A stretch of DNA of 63,330 nt, filler included, from Dimorphilus gyrociliatus (taxonomy: Eukaryota > Animalia > Annelida): the NCBI GenBank assembly GCA_904063045.1. It is 8 parts of 7 records of this genome, joined end to end, with 100 filler letters (N's around TTAATTAATTAA, not from the genome) between each part and the next. Parts side by side here need not be neighbours in the genome. Positions count along the whole stretch, not along the records: positions 1 to 15,720 come from CAJFCJ010000291.1; 7 more parts are not named here. One strand, 5' to 3'. The notes under the pieces were generated by a model, which was given only the letters and a program-made list of their open reading frames with translations, did not search any database and was not told the origin of the DNA. Position 1 is the stretch's first letter. Every line of letters begins with the position of its first letter. This document shows positions 1 to 10,706 of this stretch, piece after piece. A program made the translations under genes and the position numbers.

Positions 1-1662
1 GTGACAACTCGTCCTGGGACGAGTTGTCGCACAACTGATCCCACTGAAAAATGCGACAACTCGTCTCAAAAGTAAGAAATAAAAAACGAAAAATATAAAA
101 TAAAACGAATTTATTTGATTTTAATGTCATGAGCTTGTCAATCAGTTTAAAAAAAGCCTCAATACTTAAATTTGAACAATTTTCACATAAAATTTTTAGA
201 GAATATTCTTTTTTGTAATCAACCTCTGTTATAGCCAAATGGTTCCCGTTTTTGAATTGCGTCAAGTTGAAATACATTCTTTGTTCTTCCCTCGTTAAAA
301 CATTTATAAAAATAGCTAGATTTGGATGAGCTCTGTTAAAAGAGCTGTTTAATTCCCGGTGCCAGCTTTCAAGTGTGTTTGTTGTTCTTGGGACGGAATT
401 GATTACACGACTATGACAACTCCAGAAACTAGTGTCGTATAATGGTTGGGGTCTTTCTTTACTTCCAATAAAAGTTCTACGAAAATAAATTAAAAACTCT
501 TTCATCTTTTCATCATCCTGGTTCATGAGAATATCATGTGAGATTTTTTCGAATTCATGTAAAACTTCTGATTCTTTTATAAATGCTAAGTGGAAGCATT
601 TCCTAATCAATTTTCGTTGCCAAGTTTTATCTTTGTAAATTATAGAAAGGCCAAGAGACTGTATTCTCCTCCAAATCATTTGTCCGAAATGGAAATTGCA
701 TCCATACACTTTCGTAGATGTAAAAGATATTCTAACAGAGTTAATCAATCCCCTTTCAAAGTCAATTATAATAGCAGAAGGCTTGGCATTTGTTAAGTTT
801 TTTACTTTTTTGAATAAATTTAGATAACTCAATTCAGTTTTTTGAAACCATTATCGCATGTAAACAAGGCCAAAAACTTCCCAAGATACTTTCCTTGAAT
901 TGTAAGTAATTGTTCGAAATGGCCAGGCACACTTTTAAAAGTTCCATCTATAATCCAAATTTCAGACATTTTTAGTACATCTAATTGGAAATCGGAGGCG
1001 AAAATGACAAAGCGACTTATATCCTCCATTCCTGAATCACAACGAAAAAATAATTCTCCACGATTATTGTTCCAAAGGCATTCAGGAATTTCGGGAATAG
1101 ATGGAACAAAGTTGGGAATTCTAGTTAATCTCTCCCTTTGAACAATTCTATTTGAAGATCGTTCTTTCGGGAGATTTTGCATGGTGTCATCAGTGGCATT
1201 ATGTAATTCCTTGATGACTACATTCATAGTTCTATCTGAAGAAGTTCTCGCCATTTCTTTTAACTTAGACTTTAACCTCATGGCGTTTAATTCTCCGTCT
1301 ACAATTGGTTGATGGTTATGAAGGTTATTATCTTCAATATTCCCATTTTTATTTATCCGTACAGTAGTATTGCAGTGACGAATTCTGCATCGCCATATCG
1401 AATATTCTTCTTTGCTACTCTTTAGTGTAAACAGGTAATTTTGAAAAACTAAAATTTTCCCACTTCTTTGACCATTAATAAATTCATATTGAGTCATATA
1501 AGGGGTAATAAACTGAATTTATGAAAAATTTTTAATAATAAAAATGTCAAAATATTTTCAAGAAATATAATATATATAATCAATCATTTTTTAAAGAAAG
1601 TTAATTTAGGTTAGGTTTCATTTATTCAAAATCTTACTTTTGAGACGAGTTGTCGCAGGGCC
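1..1662 (-). mobile_element. Mutator-like (MULE) DNA transposon, copy 1 (frameshifted; promoter-side terminus shortened)
   Basis: Near-identical to 8972-10689 in reverse orientation. Terminal motif GCGACAACTCGTC at 1-62 and at 1641-1662 (ends ...GTCGCAGGGCC). Transposase ORF 829-1497 breaks at an extra A near 875. Confidence 0.9.
112..1497 (-). pseudogene. MULE transposase, frameshifted copy
   Basis: N-terminal 210 aa match the 505-aa ORF at 9189 (FLYWCH-like W-x-C...C...HNH; WIIDGTFK). The reading frame shifts at LGKF. Confidence 0.88.
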
Positions 1663-2441
1663 ATAAAAGACTACAGATGGACATTATAAATTTAAGTAGA
1701 TATAGCAATGAGAATAATGAACATAATAAATACATTTTAAATTGTGAAGATTGTTTCTCTAAATTCGTTTTCAGTTACAAATTATTAGACAAAAGAGCAG
1801 AAACAATACACGATATTCTCAATCAGTTATTTTACAACGAAGGTCCCTGAAAAGTTCTACATAGTGACAACGGAAGAGAGTTTAACAATGAGCTAGTAAG
1901 AAATCTATGTACTACTTTCAATATTCGGTACATAAGAGGGAGGCCCAGACACCCACAATCACAGGGTGTAATTGAAAGATTTAACCAAACACTAAAAAAA
2001 AGATTTAGGAAGGCGTTAGTAGAGTCAACAACTTGGGTTAATAAACATAGAAGTATAGTCTATCAATATAACAATTCTATACAAAGAGCAACAGGGTTTA
2101 AACCATTTGTATTGTTTCGAAGTGTTGATCCAATGAATATAGAAAATAATAATAGTTTTACCTTTCAAATTGCCAGACTTAATTATTTAAATTATGTTAA
2201 TGAGTACCGTAATGAATACAATAGAAGAATGAATCAAAATGAGATTGTTATTGGGGCAAGATATTTACTTGCTAGAGACTTTGATAATAATCCAAGAACA
2301 AGAAGACACCCATTAACTTCTTTATATCATAACGAAATATATGTCCTTATCAATAATAATAATAATAGATTAACTATTAAAGATGAAAATAATAATATTA
2401 AAACAGTGTCTAGAGGTATGGTAAAAAGAATAAATCAATAA
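1663..2441 (+). pseudogene. DDE integrase (rve) fragment with in-frame TGA at 1848-1850
   Basis: ORFs 1650-1850 and 2112-2441 are in the same frame, separated only by the TGA. Catalytic D (HSDNG) and E (VIERFN) are present. Confidence 0.85.
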
Positions 2442-2700
2442 TTTAAACCATTTTTATATATTTTTTAGTAATTTTTTTATTTATAAACCCCTATTAAATT
2501 AGTTATGTAGTTTATTTGTTGGGGTGTTTCTAAAAAAAATTATGTTAAAGTTTTGTATTAAATAAAAAAATGAAATCCTATTAAATTACCTTGTAGTTTA
2601 TTTGATCCGACCAAATTCATGAAAATAAGGGTTAAAATAATTTATTTTTGTGAAATTTATACTAATTTAATAGGATTTTGCCATGTAGTTTATTTGTAAA
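1663..2700 (+). mobile_element. 5'-truncated Gypsy-like integrase (Ginger-like) element with right subterminal repeats
   Basis: One frame 1663-2441 reads RLQMD...DCFSKF...EGP*KVLHSDNGREF...GRPRHPQSQGVIERFNQT...FKPF. Downstream is a repeated motif TGTAGTTTATTTG (x3) and CCTATTAAATTA, also seen in the TIRs at 46813-48615. The right boundary is approximate. Confidence 0.8.
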
Positions 2701-2707
2701 ATGTATT

Positions 2708-3738
2708 TTATTTGACACGACAATCATTGTCATAATCACTACTTGAGAATAGAATAAATATCTCATTTAATCTCTTGAACTTATCAAACTTTTTAAACCA
2801 TATTGACTGCAATAAATAAAAGAATTACAGGTCTTTACAATTTGTATGTTTTCTTATATGCCTTTTCGTAACACTCCATAAACATTCAATGTTTTGGGTG
2901 TGTATTTCCGGATCATCTGGACTTACAAAGAATCTATCATAGAGGAACTCGTGTTCTAGCTGTCCCAATGCAGATCTATAGGACTTCCATTGATCTGTTA
3001 TGATCTTTGTACCTGGTAAGATTTTTTCTAATATAATATTTTTTATCGTTTGCGTCCTTCTATCAGGAACCTCAATTACAAATATGTTGCTTGTTCCCGT
3101 TCTATTCCTCCTATATACCACCTCTGTTCTAATAATCTGCCTCTATTATATTTTCTTTTAAAGAAAAGGTTTTCATCCATTTCAACTATAGTAGGTTCTC
3201 CATTTTCGTTGATTCCACCTATTTGGCTTGTATTCTGTTGTATATTATATGCTATGGCTTCTAAAATAATTTTTTTCCCATTTAGATACAGATGCTCGAT
3301 CTAACCCAGAGTCATGTGCTATAACTTCTTTTTGTACTGCATATAGAAGTTTTTGAATTATTTTAAGAATTGTTTTTAAATTTAAGCTTGATTTAAAAAA
3401 AAGCTACCATATCTTACTGAGTGTTTCTTCTTACATATTCGACAGACAAATCTATATCCATCAATAATTTTTATTTCTTTATGTAAAAACATATAAATGC
3501 TACAACTATCGCACTTTTGTCGATTATTTATTAAACGCCAGCGTGCCATAAAATTAAGTAGGTCTTTTTTATCAAATATTGTTTCAAAGTAATCAGAACG
3601 TAAATTTGTATTTTTTATAGTAAAAAACGAAAATATTTCTGCTTCAGGTATAATATAATTTAAATTTTTGGAAAATGACATTTATTAAAGGGAGGGTCCT
3701 TAAAAATTTTCAAAACCCCACTATAATCCACATGAACC
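2708..3738 (-). mobile_element. Merlin/ISXO2-like (IS1595-related) transposon, degenerate copy of 52349-53510
   Basis: ORF pieces 3382-3681 and 2825-3121 nearly match the intact 330-aa protein at 52425. The left TIR CCCACTATAATCCACATGAACC ends at 3738. Several frameshifts are present, and no second TIR is seen. Confidence 0.9.
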
Positions 3739-4129
3739 TTTAAAACTCATAAAAACCAAATTATTTGAGTTCTAAAATTAAAAAATAAACCGTTTTTAAT
3801 TTCGTTTCGAATATTAATTAACAAACGAGATTTAAATAAAAATCTAGAAATTCAATCCATGTTTAGTTTTTATAGTATTTTTGAATTTTTTTATGACATA
3901 TTCTACCTCTCCTTTCAAATCCTATTCGTAAATAGTATATTTATTATATTAAGATTTATTACTTTTAGTGATTTTATTGACATTTTTAAAAGAGTTAATG
4001 AAATAGAAAATGGATAGCTTTTAGAGTTAGAATACAAATAATATATGATAAAGCTACTCATGATCATAGAAAATAACTTTTATAGGTTCTTTATAAAAAT
4101 AAATAGAATAAAAAAAGATTAAAGATAAA

Positions 4130-4233
4130 TTTAAGAATTAACTTAGAATATGATAAAAACAGTTCTTTATAGTTTAAGAATTCACTTAGAATATGATAAA
4201 AACAGTTCTTTATAGTTTAAGAATTCGCTTAGA
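4130..4233. repeat. 43-bp tandem repeat, about 2.4 copies
   Basis: TTTAAGAATT(A/C)ACTTAGAATATGATAAAAACAGTTCTTTATAG repeated at 4130, 4173 and partially at 4216. Confidence 0.85.
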
Positions 4234-4944
4234 AAGTAATTTTCATTTTATATAAATTTATTTATTTATAACTAAAAAAGATATATTTTTACTTTCGTTG
4301 AGTTTATTTTCGTCTATTCTTAAAAATACAAAGTTTCTTTAATAAAATTCTAAGTTTTAAAAGAATGTTAAGTTTTTACTTCTAAAGTTTAATACCCATA
4401 AACCGTCTTAAAAACATAAAAAATGTCAATTTGTTTTTTTAAATACTTATTTTGTATATTTATAAACACTGGTATTCTATTATTCATAATTAAAGATTAT
4501 AATACTTTATCATTGTTATAAGAAATCATATTTAAAATATAAAATTCTGGAGAGTTATTCATTAAACTTAAAAATAATATTTTAAGATCAAAATTGTCAT
4601 TAAACTTAGAAATCTCAATTTATGAAGAATTATTCATTAAATTAAGAAATAATGTTTTGAGATGAAAGTAGTCAATGAAACAAATTGGAATTTTAATTGA
4701 TGAAACTCAATTATTAAAATCTATTAAGCAAATTAAAAATCAAAAAACACCCTTTTTAGGAACAAATACAGCAAAATTATGAGTTGCAATTTACTTATTA
4801 TGAAAATTTAAAAGAATCTTTTTTCTACTATTTTGTGATTTTTTAATAAAAAAACATCAAAATTTCAAAAAATGAAACATTTTCGTTTCAAAAAAAAAAT
4901 TCAACTTTTTTTAAACCATAAATAAAAAAAAATAACCCTAACCC

Positions 4945-5539
4945 ATGGATTTAGATTTCATTCAAAAGAGAAAACCAACAAAGTCTGTTAACCCAATCAA
5001 GTTAATGACCAACTTGTTACCACTTAAGACAAAACCTAACTTTATTCTGTCTCAGTATTCTGTTAAGGTTGAACCAGAGATTAGAAGAGATAGTCTTTAC
5101 CCTTTCATAAAACAGTTTTGTGAAAAGGAAGAGTTCTTTAAGAATAATTTATATGCTTATGACGGTGTTCACTTCTTTGTTAGCTTAAATAAGTTTGAGG
5201 ACCAAAAGTTTACAGTTCAAAGAGGTACTAGGGAGTTTGTTATTACCTTTTCGCATAAAGCTGATCATAAAATACAGAATACCAAGCTAAATGAAGGTGC
5301 TTTGCAATCACTTGAGATCTTTTTAAGAAAATACCAAAATGAAAAATTTATGTTCGATGGAAGAAAACAATTAACACAGAAAAGTGATTCATTGCCTGAT
5401 GGTTTGAAATTAATGCATGGTATTACTCAAACTACAAAGTTTTTGAATAAAGGTTTAATGTTGAACGTTGACGTTACCTACTGCCCATTTTATGTAGCAG
5501 GCTCATTGTTACAGGTTATGCTTGGTAACAGAATTGAAC
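4945..5539 (+). CDS. ago: Argonaute family protein, N-terminal part (ArgoN + linker 1); runs into a gap
   Basis: IKLMTNLLPL...SQYSVKVEP...AYDG...ALQSLEIFLR...LPDGLKLMHGITQTTK...GLMLNVDVTYCPFY match the Argonaute N and L1 consensus. No introns; CCC motif before the ATG. PAZ and PIWI are not visible. Confidence 0.85.
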
Positions 5540-6283
5540 NNNNNNNNNNNNNNNNNNNNNNNNNNNNNNNNNNNNNNNNNNNNNNNNNNNNNNNNNNNNN
5601 NNNNNNNNNNNNNNNNNNNNNNNNNNNNNNNNNNNNNNNNNNNNNNNNNNNNNNNNNNNNNNNNNNNNNNNNNNNNNNNNNNNNNNNNNNNNNNNNNNNN
5701 NNNNNNNNNNNNNNNNNNNNNNNNNNNNNNNNNNNNNNNNNNNNNNNNNNNNNNNNNNNNNNNNNNNNNNNNNNNNNNNNNNNNNNNNNNNNNNNNNNNN
5801 NNNNNNNNNNNNNNNNNNNNNNNNNNNNNNNNNNNNNNNNNNNNNNNNNNNNNNNNNNNNNNNNNNNNNNNNNNNNNNNNNNNNNNNNNNNNNNNNNNNN
5901 NNNNNNNNNNNNNNNNNNNNNNNNNNNNNNNNNNNNNNNNNNNNNNNNNNNNNNNNNNNNNNNNNNNNNNNNNNNNNNNNNNNNNNNNNNNNNNNNNNNN
6001 NNNNNNNNNNNNNNNNNNNNNNNNNNNNNNNNNNNNNNNNNNNNNNNNNNNNNNNNNNNNNNNNNNNNNNNNNNNNNNNNNNNNNNNNNNNNNNNNNNNN
6101 NNNNNNNNNNNNNNNNNNNNNNNNNNNNNNNNNNNNNNNNNNNNNNNNNNNNNNNNNNNNNNNNNNNNNNNNNNNNNNNNNNNNNNNNNNNNNNNNNNNN
6201 NNNNNNNNNNNNNNNNNNNNNNNNNNNNNNNNNNNNNNNNNNNNNNNNNNNNNNNNNNNNNNNNNNNNNNNNNNNNNNNNNNN
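5540..6283. other. Assembly gap (744 N)
   Basis: Run of N with no linker sequence. Confidence 1.
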
Positions 6284-6863
6284 AATGTTATTTTTTAAGA
6301 TTATAATCAAAAATATTTTTAAAAGTGTAAAAAAAACACTAATTAATGGATAATATCTTAACACTTTTATATAAAAACAAAATAACTGTTTATTTAATGT
6401 GACTTAACATTACTCCAATTTTAAGAAAGTCGAAATGTTAAATTCAAAAAATAGAAACTATTATAGATATTCCATTCTCTTTTGTACGGATGATTTTTAT
6501 ATAGACTATATTAAAAGTATCTAAACGTCAAAAGGCTTTTCCTTAAGAGCTTAGAATGTATATCGAAGAAGTTGATAATTTCACATCCCATAACACAGAA
6601 ATCAATAAATTACAAGAAAAACAAGCTGTAAAGTTTTTGATATAATATTGAGATTTTATTTCGATAAACTAAACCTAATATCAGTTTTATCGATAAAACT
6701 CAGTTTCTAAAACGCAAGTAAATAATTATTTATTCTGAGGGAACTAAAATATGGATGAAAATAGTTGAAATTATAATAAACACAACCACTTTTAGTAATG
6801 AATCTAAATTTAGTATGTTTAATTCAGATGGAAATATTAATATAAAAAAGATGAAAGGTTATA

Positions 6864-6943
6864 CGTTAATCTCTTAAAATATACAAAATATATTTAATTT
6901 AAAATTAGGAGTGATTTTAGTTTATGTTATGAAAATTTTATAT
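6864..6943. repeat. 80-bp direct repeat flanking MULE copy 2 (partner at 8646-8725; mirrored at 8893-8972 and 10690-10769)
   Basis: CGTTAATCTCTTAAAATATAC...GAAAATTTTATAT is identical on both sides of the element. Confidence 0.9.
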
Positions 6944-8646
6944 CGGTGTGTGACAACTCGTCCTGGGACGAGTTGTCGCACAACTGATCCCACTGAAAAA
7001 TGCGACAACTCGTCTCAAAAGTAAGAAATAAAAACGAAAAATATAAAATAAAACGAATTTATTTGACTTTAAATGTCATGAGCTTGTCAATCAGTTTAAA
7101 AAAAGCCTCAATACTTAAATTTGAACAATTTTCACATAAAATTTTTAGAGAATATTCTTTTTTGTAATCAACCTCTGTTATAGCCAAATGGTTCCCGTTT
7201 TTGAATTGCGTCAAGTTGAAATACATTCTTTGTTCTTCCTCGTTAAAACATTTATAAAAATAGCTAGATTTGGATGAGCTCTGTTAAAAGAGCTGTTTAG
7301 TTCCCGGTGCCAGCTTTCAAGTGTGTTTGTTGTTCTTGGGACGGAATTGATTACACGACTATGACAACTCCAGAAACTAGTGTCGTATAATGGTTGGGGT
7401 CTTTCTTTACTTCCAATAAAAGTTCTACGAAAATAAATTAAAAATCTTTCATCTTTTCATCATCCTGGTTCATGAGAATATCATGTGAGATTTTTTCGAA
7501 TTCATGTAAAACTTCTGATTCTTTTATAAATGCTAAGTGGAAGCATTTCCTAATCAATTTTCGTTTCCAAGTTTTATCTTTGTAAATTATAGAAAGGCCA
7601 AGAGACTGTATTCTCCTCCAAATCATTTGTCCGAAATGGAAATTGCATCCATACACTTTCGTAGATGTAAAAGATATTCTAACAGAGTTAATCAATCCCT
7701 TTCAAAGTCAATTATAATAGCAGAAGGCTTGGCATTTGTTAAGTTTTTTACTTTTTTGAATAAATTTAGATAACTCAATTCAGTTTTTGAAACCATTATC
7801 GCATGTAAACAAGGCCAAAACTTCCCAAGATACTTTCCTTGAATTGTAAGTAATTGTTCGAAATGGCCAGGAACACTTTCCATCTATAATCCAAATTTCA
7901 GACATTTTTAGTACATCTAATTGGAAATCGGAGGCGAAAATGACAAAGCGACTTATATCCTCCATTCCTGAATCACAACGAAAAAATAATTCTCCACGAT
8001 TATTGTTCCAAAGGCATTCAGGAATTTCGGGAATAGATGGAACAAAGTTGGGAATTCTAGTTAATCTCTCCCTTTGAACAATTCTATTTAAAGATCGTTC
8101 TTTCGGGAGATTTTGCATGGTGTCATCAGTGGCATTATGTAATTCCTTGATGACTACATTCATAGTTCTATCTGAAGAAGTTCTCGCCATTTCTTTTAAC
8201 TTAGACTTTAACCTCATGGCGTTTAATTCTCCGTCTACAATTGGTTGATGGTTATGAAGGTTATTATCTTCAATATTCCCATTTTTATTTATCCGTACAG
8301 TAGTATTGCAGTGACGAATTCTGCATCGCCATATCGAATATTCTTCTTTGCTACTCTTTAGTGTAAACAGGTAATTTTGAAAAACTAAAATTTTCCCACT
8401 TCTTTGACCATTAATAAATTCATATTGAGTCATATAAGGGTAATAAACTGAATTTATGAAAAATTTTTAATAATAAAAATGTCAAAATATTTTCAAGAAA
8501 TATAATATATATAATCAATCATTTTTAAAGAAAGTTAATTTAGGTTAGGTTTCATTTATTCAAAATCTTACTTTTGAGACGAGTTGTCGCATTTTTCAGT
8601 GGATCAGTGTGCGACAACTCGTCCCAGGACGAGTTGTCGCAGGGCC
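6944..8646 (-). mobile_element. MULE transposon, copy 2 (several 1-bp indels and an 8-bp deletion)
   Basis: TIRs at 6944-7026 and ~8567-8646. Fragmented transposase ORFs at 7780-8433, 7692-7883 and 7438-7695. Confidence 0.9.
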
Positions 8647-8971
8647 GTTAATCTCTTAAAATATACAAAATATATTTAATTTAAAATTAGGAGTGATTTT
8701 AGTTTATGTTATGAAAATTTTATATTTATTGTTGTAAAAATAGATGCAGTAAAGTATTGAAATATTCATCTTTTCTTTATTTAGCTTCTAAACGGATTGA
8801 TTGTACTTGTTTCCGTACAAATAACGATTATATCTATATAAAGAAAAGATAGAATATTTCAATACTTTACTGCATCTATTTTACAACAATAAATATAAAA
8901 TTTTCATAACATAAACTAAAATCACTCCTAATTTTAAATTAAATATATTTTGTATATTTTAAGAGATTAAC

Positions 8972-10689
8972 GGCCCTGCGACAACTCGTCCTGGGACGAG
9001 TTGTCGCACAACTGATCCCACTGAAAAATGCGACAACTCGTCTCAAAAGTAAGATTTTGAATAAATGAAACCTAACCTAAATTAACTTTCTTTAAAAAAT
9101 GATTGATTATATATATTATATTTCTTGAAAATATTTTGACATTTTTATTATTAAAAATTTTTCATAAATTCAGTTTATTACCCCTTATATGACTCAATAT
9201 GAATTTATTAATGGTCAAAGAAGTGGGAAAATTTTAGTTTTTCAAAATTACCTGTTTACACTAAAGAGTAGCAAAGAAGAATATTCGATATGGCGATGCA
9301 GAATTCGTCACTGCAATACTACTGTACGGATAAATAAAAATGGGAATATTGAAGATAATAACCTTCATAACCATCAACCAATTGTAGACGGAGAATTAAA
9401 CGCCATGAGGTTAAAGTCTAAGTTAAAAGAAATGGCGAGAACTTCTTCAGATAGAACTATGAATGTAGTCATCAAGGAATTACATAATGCCACTGATGAC
9501 ACCATGCAAAATCTCCCGAAAGAACGATCTTTAAATAGAATTGTTCAAAGGGAGAGATTAACTAGAATTCCCAACTTTGTTCCATCTATTCCCGAAATTC
9601 CTGAATGCCTTTGGAACAATAATCGTGGAGAATTATTTTTTCGTTGTGATTCAGGAATGGAGGATATAAGTCGCTTTGTCATTTTCGCCTCCGATTTCCA
9701 ATTAGATGTACTAAAAATGTCTGAAATTTGGATTATAGATGGAACTTTTAAAAGTGTTCCTGGCCATTTCGAACAATTACTTACAATTCAAGGAAAGTAT
9801 CTTGGGAAGTTTTGGCCTTGTTTACATGCGATAATGGTTTCAAAAACTGAATTGAGTTATCTAAATTTATTCAAAAAAGTAAAAAACTTAACAAATGCCA
9901 AGCCTTCTGCTATTATAATTGACTTTGAAAGGGGATTGATTAACTCTGTTAGAATATCTTTTACATCTACGAAAGTGTATGGATGCAATTTCCATTTCGG
10001 ACAAATGATTTGGAGGAGAATACAGTCTCTTGGCCTTTCTATAATTTACAAAGATAAAACTTGGAAACGAAAATTGATTAGGAAATGCTTCCACTTAGCA
10101 TTTATAAAAGAATCAGAAGTTTTACATGAATTCGAAAAAATCTCACATGATATTCTCATGAACCAGGATGATGAAAAGATGAAAGAGTTTTTAATTTATT
10201 TTCGTAGAACTTTTATTGGAAGTAAAGAAAGACCCCAACCATTATACGACACTAGTTTCTGGAGTTGTCATAGTCGTGTAATCAATTCCGTCCCAAGAAC
10301 AACAAACACACTTGAAAGCTGGCACCGGGAATTAAACAGCTCTTTTAACAGAGCTCATCCAAATCTAGCTATTTTTATAAATGTTTTAACGAGGGAAGAA
10401 CAAAGAATGTATTTCAACTTGACGCAATTCAAAAACGGGAACCATTTGGCTATAACAGAGGTTGATTACAAAAAAGAATATTCTCTAAAAATTTTATGTG
10501 AAAATTGTTCAAATTTAAGTATTGAGGCTTTTTTTAAACTGATTGACAAGCTCATGACATTAAAATCAAATAAATTCGTTTTATTTTATATTTTTCGTTT
10601 TTTATTTCTTACTTTTGAGACGAGTTGTCGCATTTTTCAGTGGGATCAGTTGTGCGACAACTCGTCCCAGGACGAGTTGTCACACACCG
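8972..10689 (+). mobile_element. MULE transposon, copy 3 (full length)
   Basis: TIRs of ~83 bp at 8972-9054 and 10607-10689 enclose the transposase ORF. Confidence 0.92.
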
Positions 10690-10706
10690 ATATAAAATTT
10701 TCATAA
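9189..10706 (+). CDS. MULE transposase (FLYWCH-like Zn finger + DDE)
   Basis: Motifs WRCRIRHC...HNH, WIIDGTFK (D), IIIDFE (D), GCNFH (CxxH) and TTNTLESWH (E). The ORF reads through the right TIR. Confidence 0.92.
   Translation: MTQYEFINGQRSGKILVFQNYLFTLKSSKEEYSIWRCRIRHCNTTVRINKNGNIEDNNLHNHQPIVDGELNAMRLKSKLKEMARTSSDRTMNVVIKELHNATDDTMQNLPKERSLNRIVQRERLTRIPNFVPSIPEIPECLWNNNRGELFFRCDSGMEDISRFVIFASDFQLDVLKMSEIWIIDGTFKSVPGHFEQLLTIQGKYLGKFWPCLHAIMVSKTELSYLNLFKKVKNLTNAKPSAIIIDFERGLINSVRISFTSTKVYGCNFHFGQMIWRRIQSLGLSIIYKDKTWKRKLIRKCFHLAFIKESEVLHEFEKISHDILMNQDDEKMKEFLIYFRRTFIGSKERPQPLYDTSFWSCHSRVINSVPRTTNTLESWHRELNSSFNRAHPNLAIFINVLTREEQRMYFNLTQFKNGNHLAITEVDYKKEYSLKILCENCSNLSIEAFFKLIDKLMTLKSNKFVLFYIFRFLFLTFETSCRIFQWDQLCDNSSQDELSHTDIKFS

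Noticed and set aside
590-796. Short ORF MEAFPNQF... (also 7537-7773 and 9888-10094) as a conserved small gene
   Set aside because: An antisense shadow of the transposase. It recurs only because the element is duplicated.
5516-6364. ORFs 5516-6364, 5522-6298 and the 453-aa length of 4945-6306
   Set aside because: They are open only because they cross the N gap.
8972-9054. Palindromic ~30-bp repeats as a CRISPR array or attC sites
   Set aside because: There are no unique spacers in series. The repeats are confined to MULE TIRs in a eukaryotic context.
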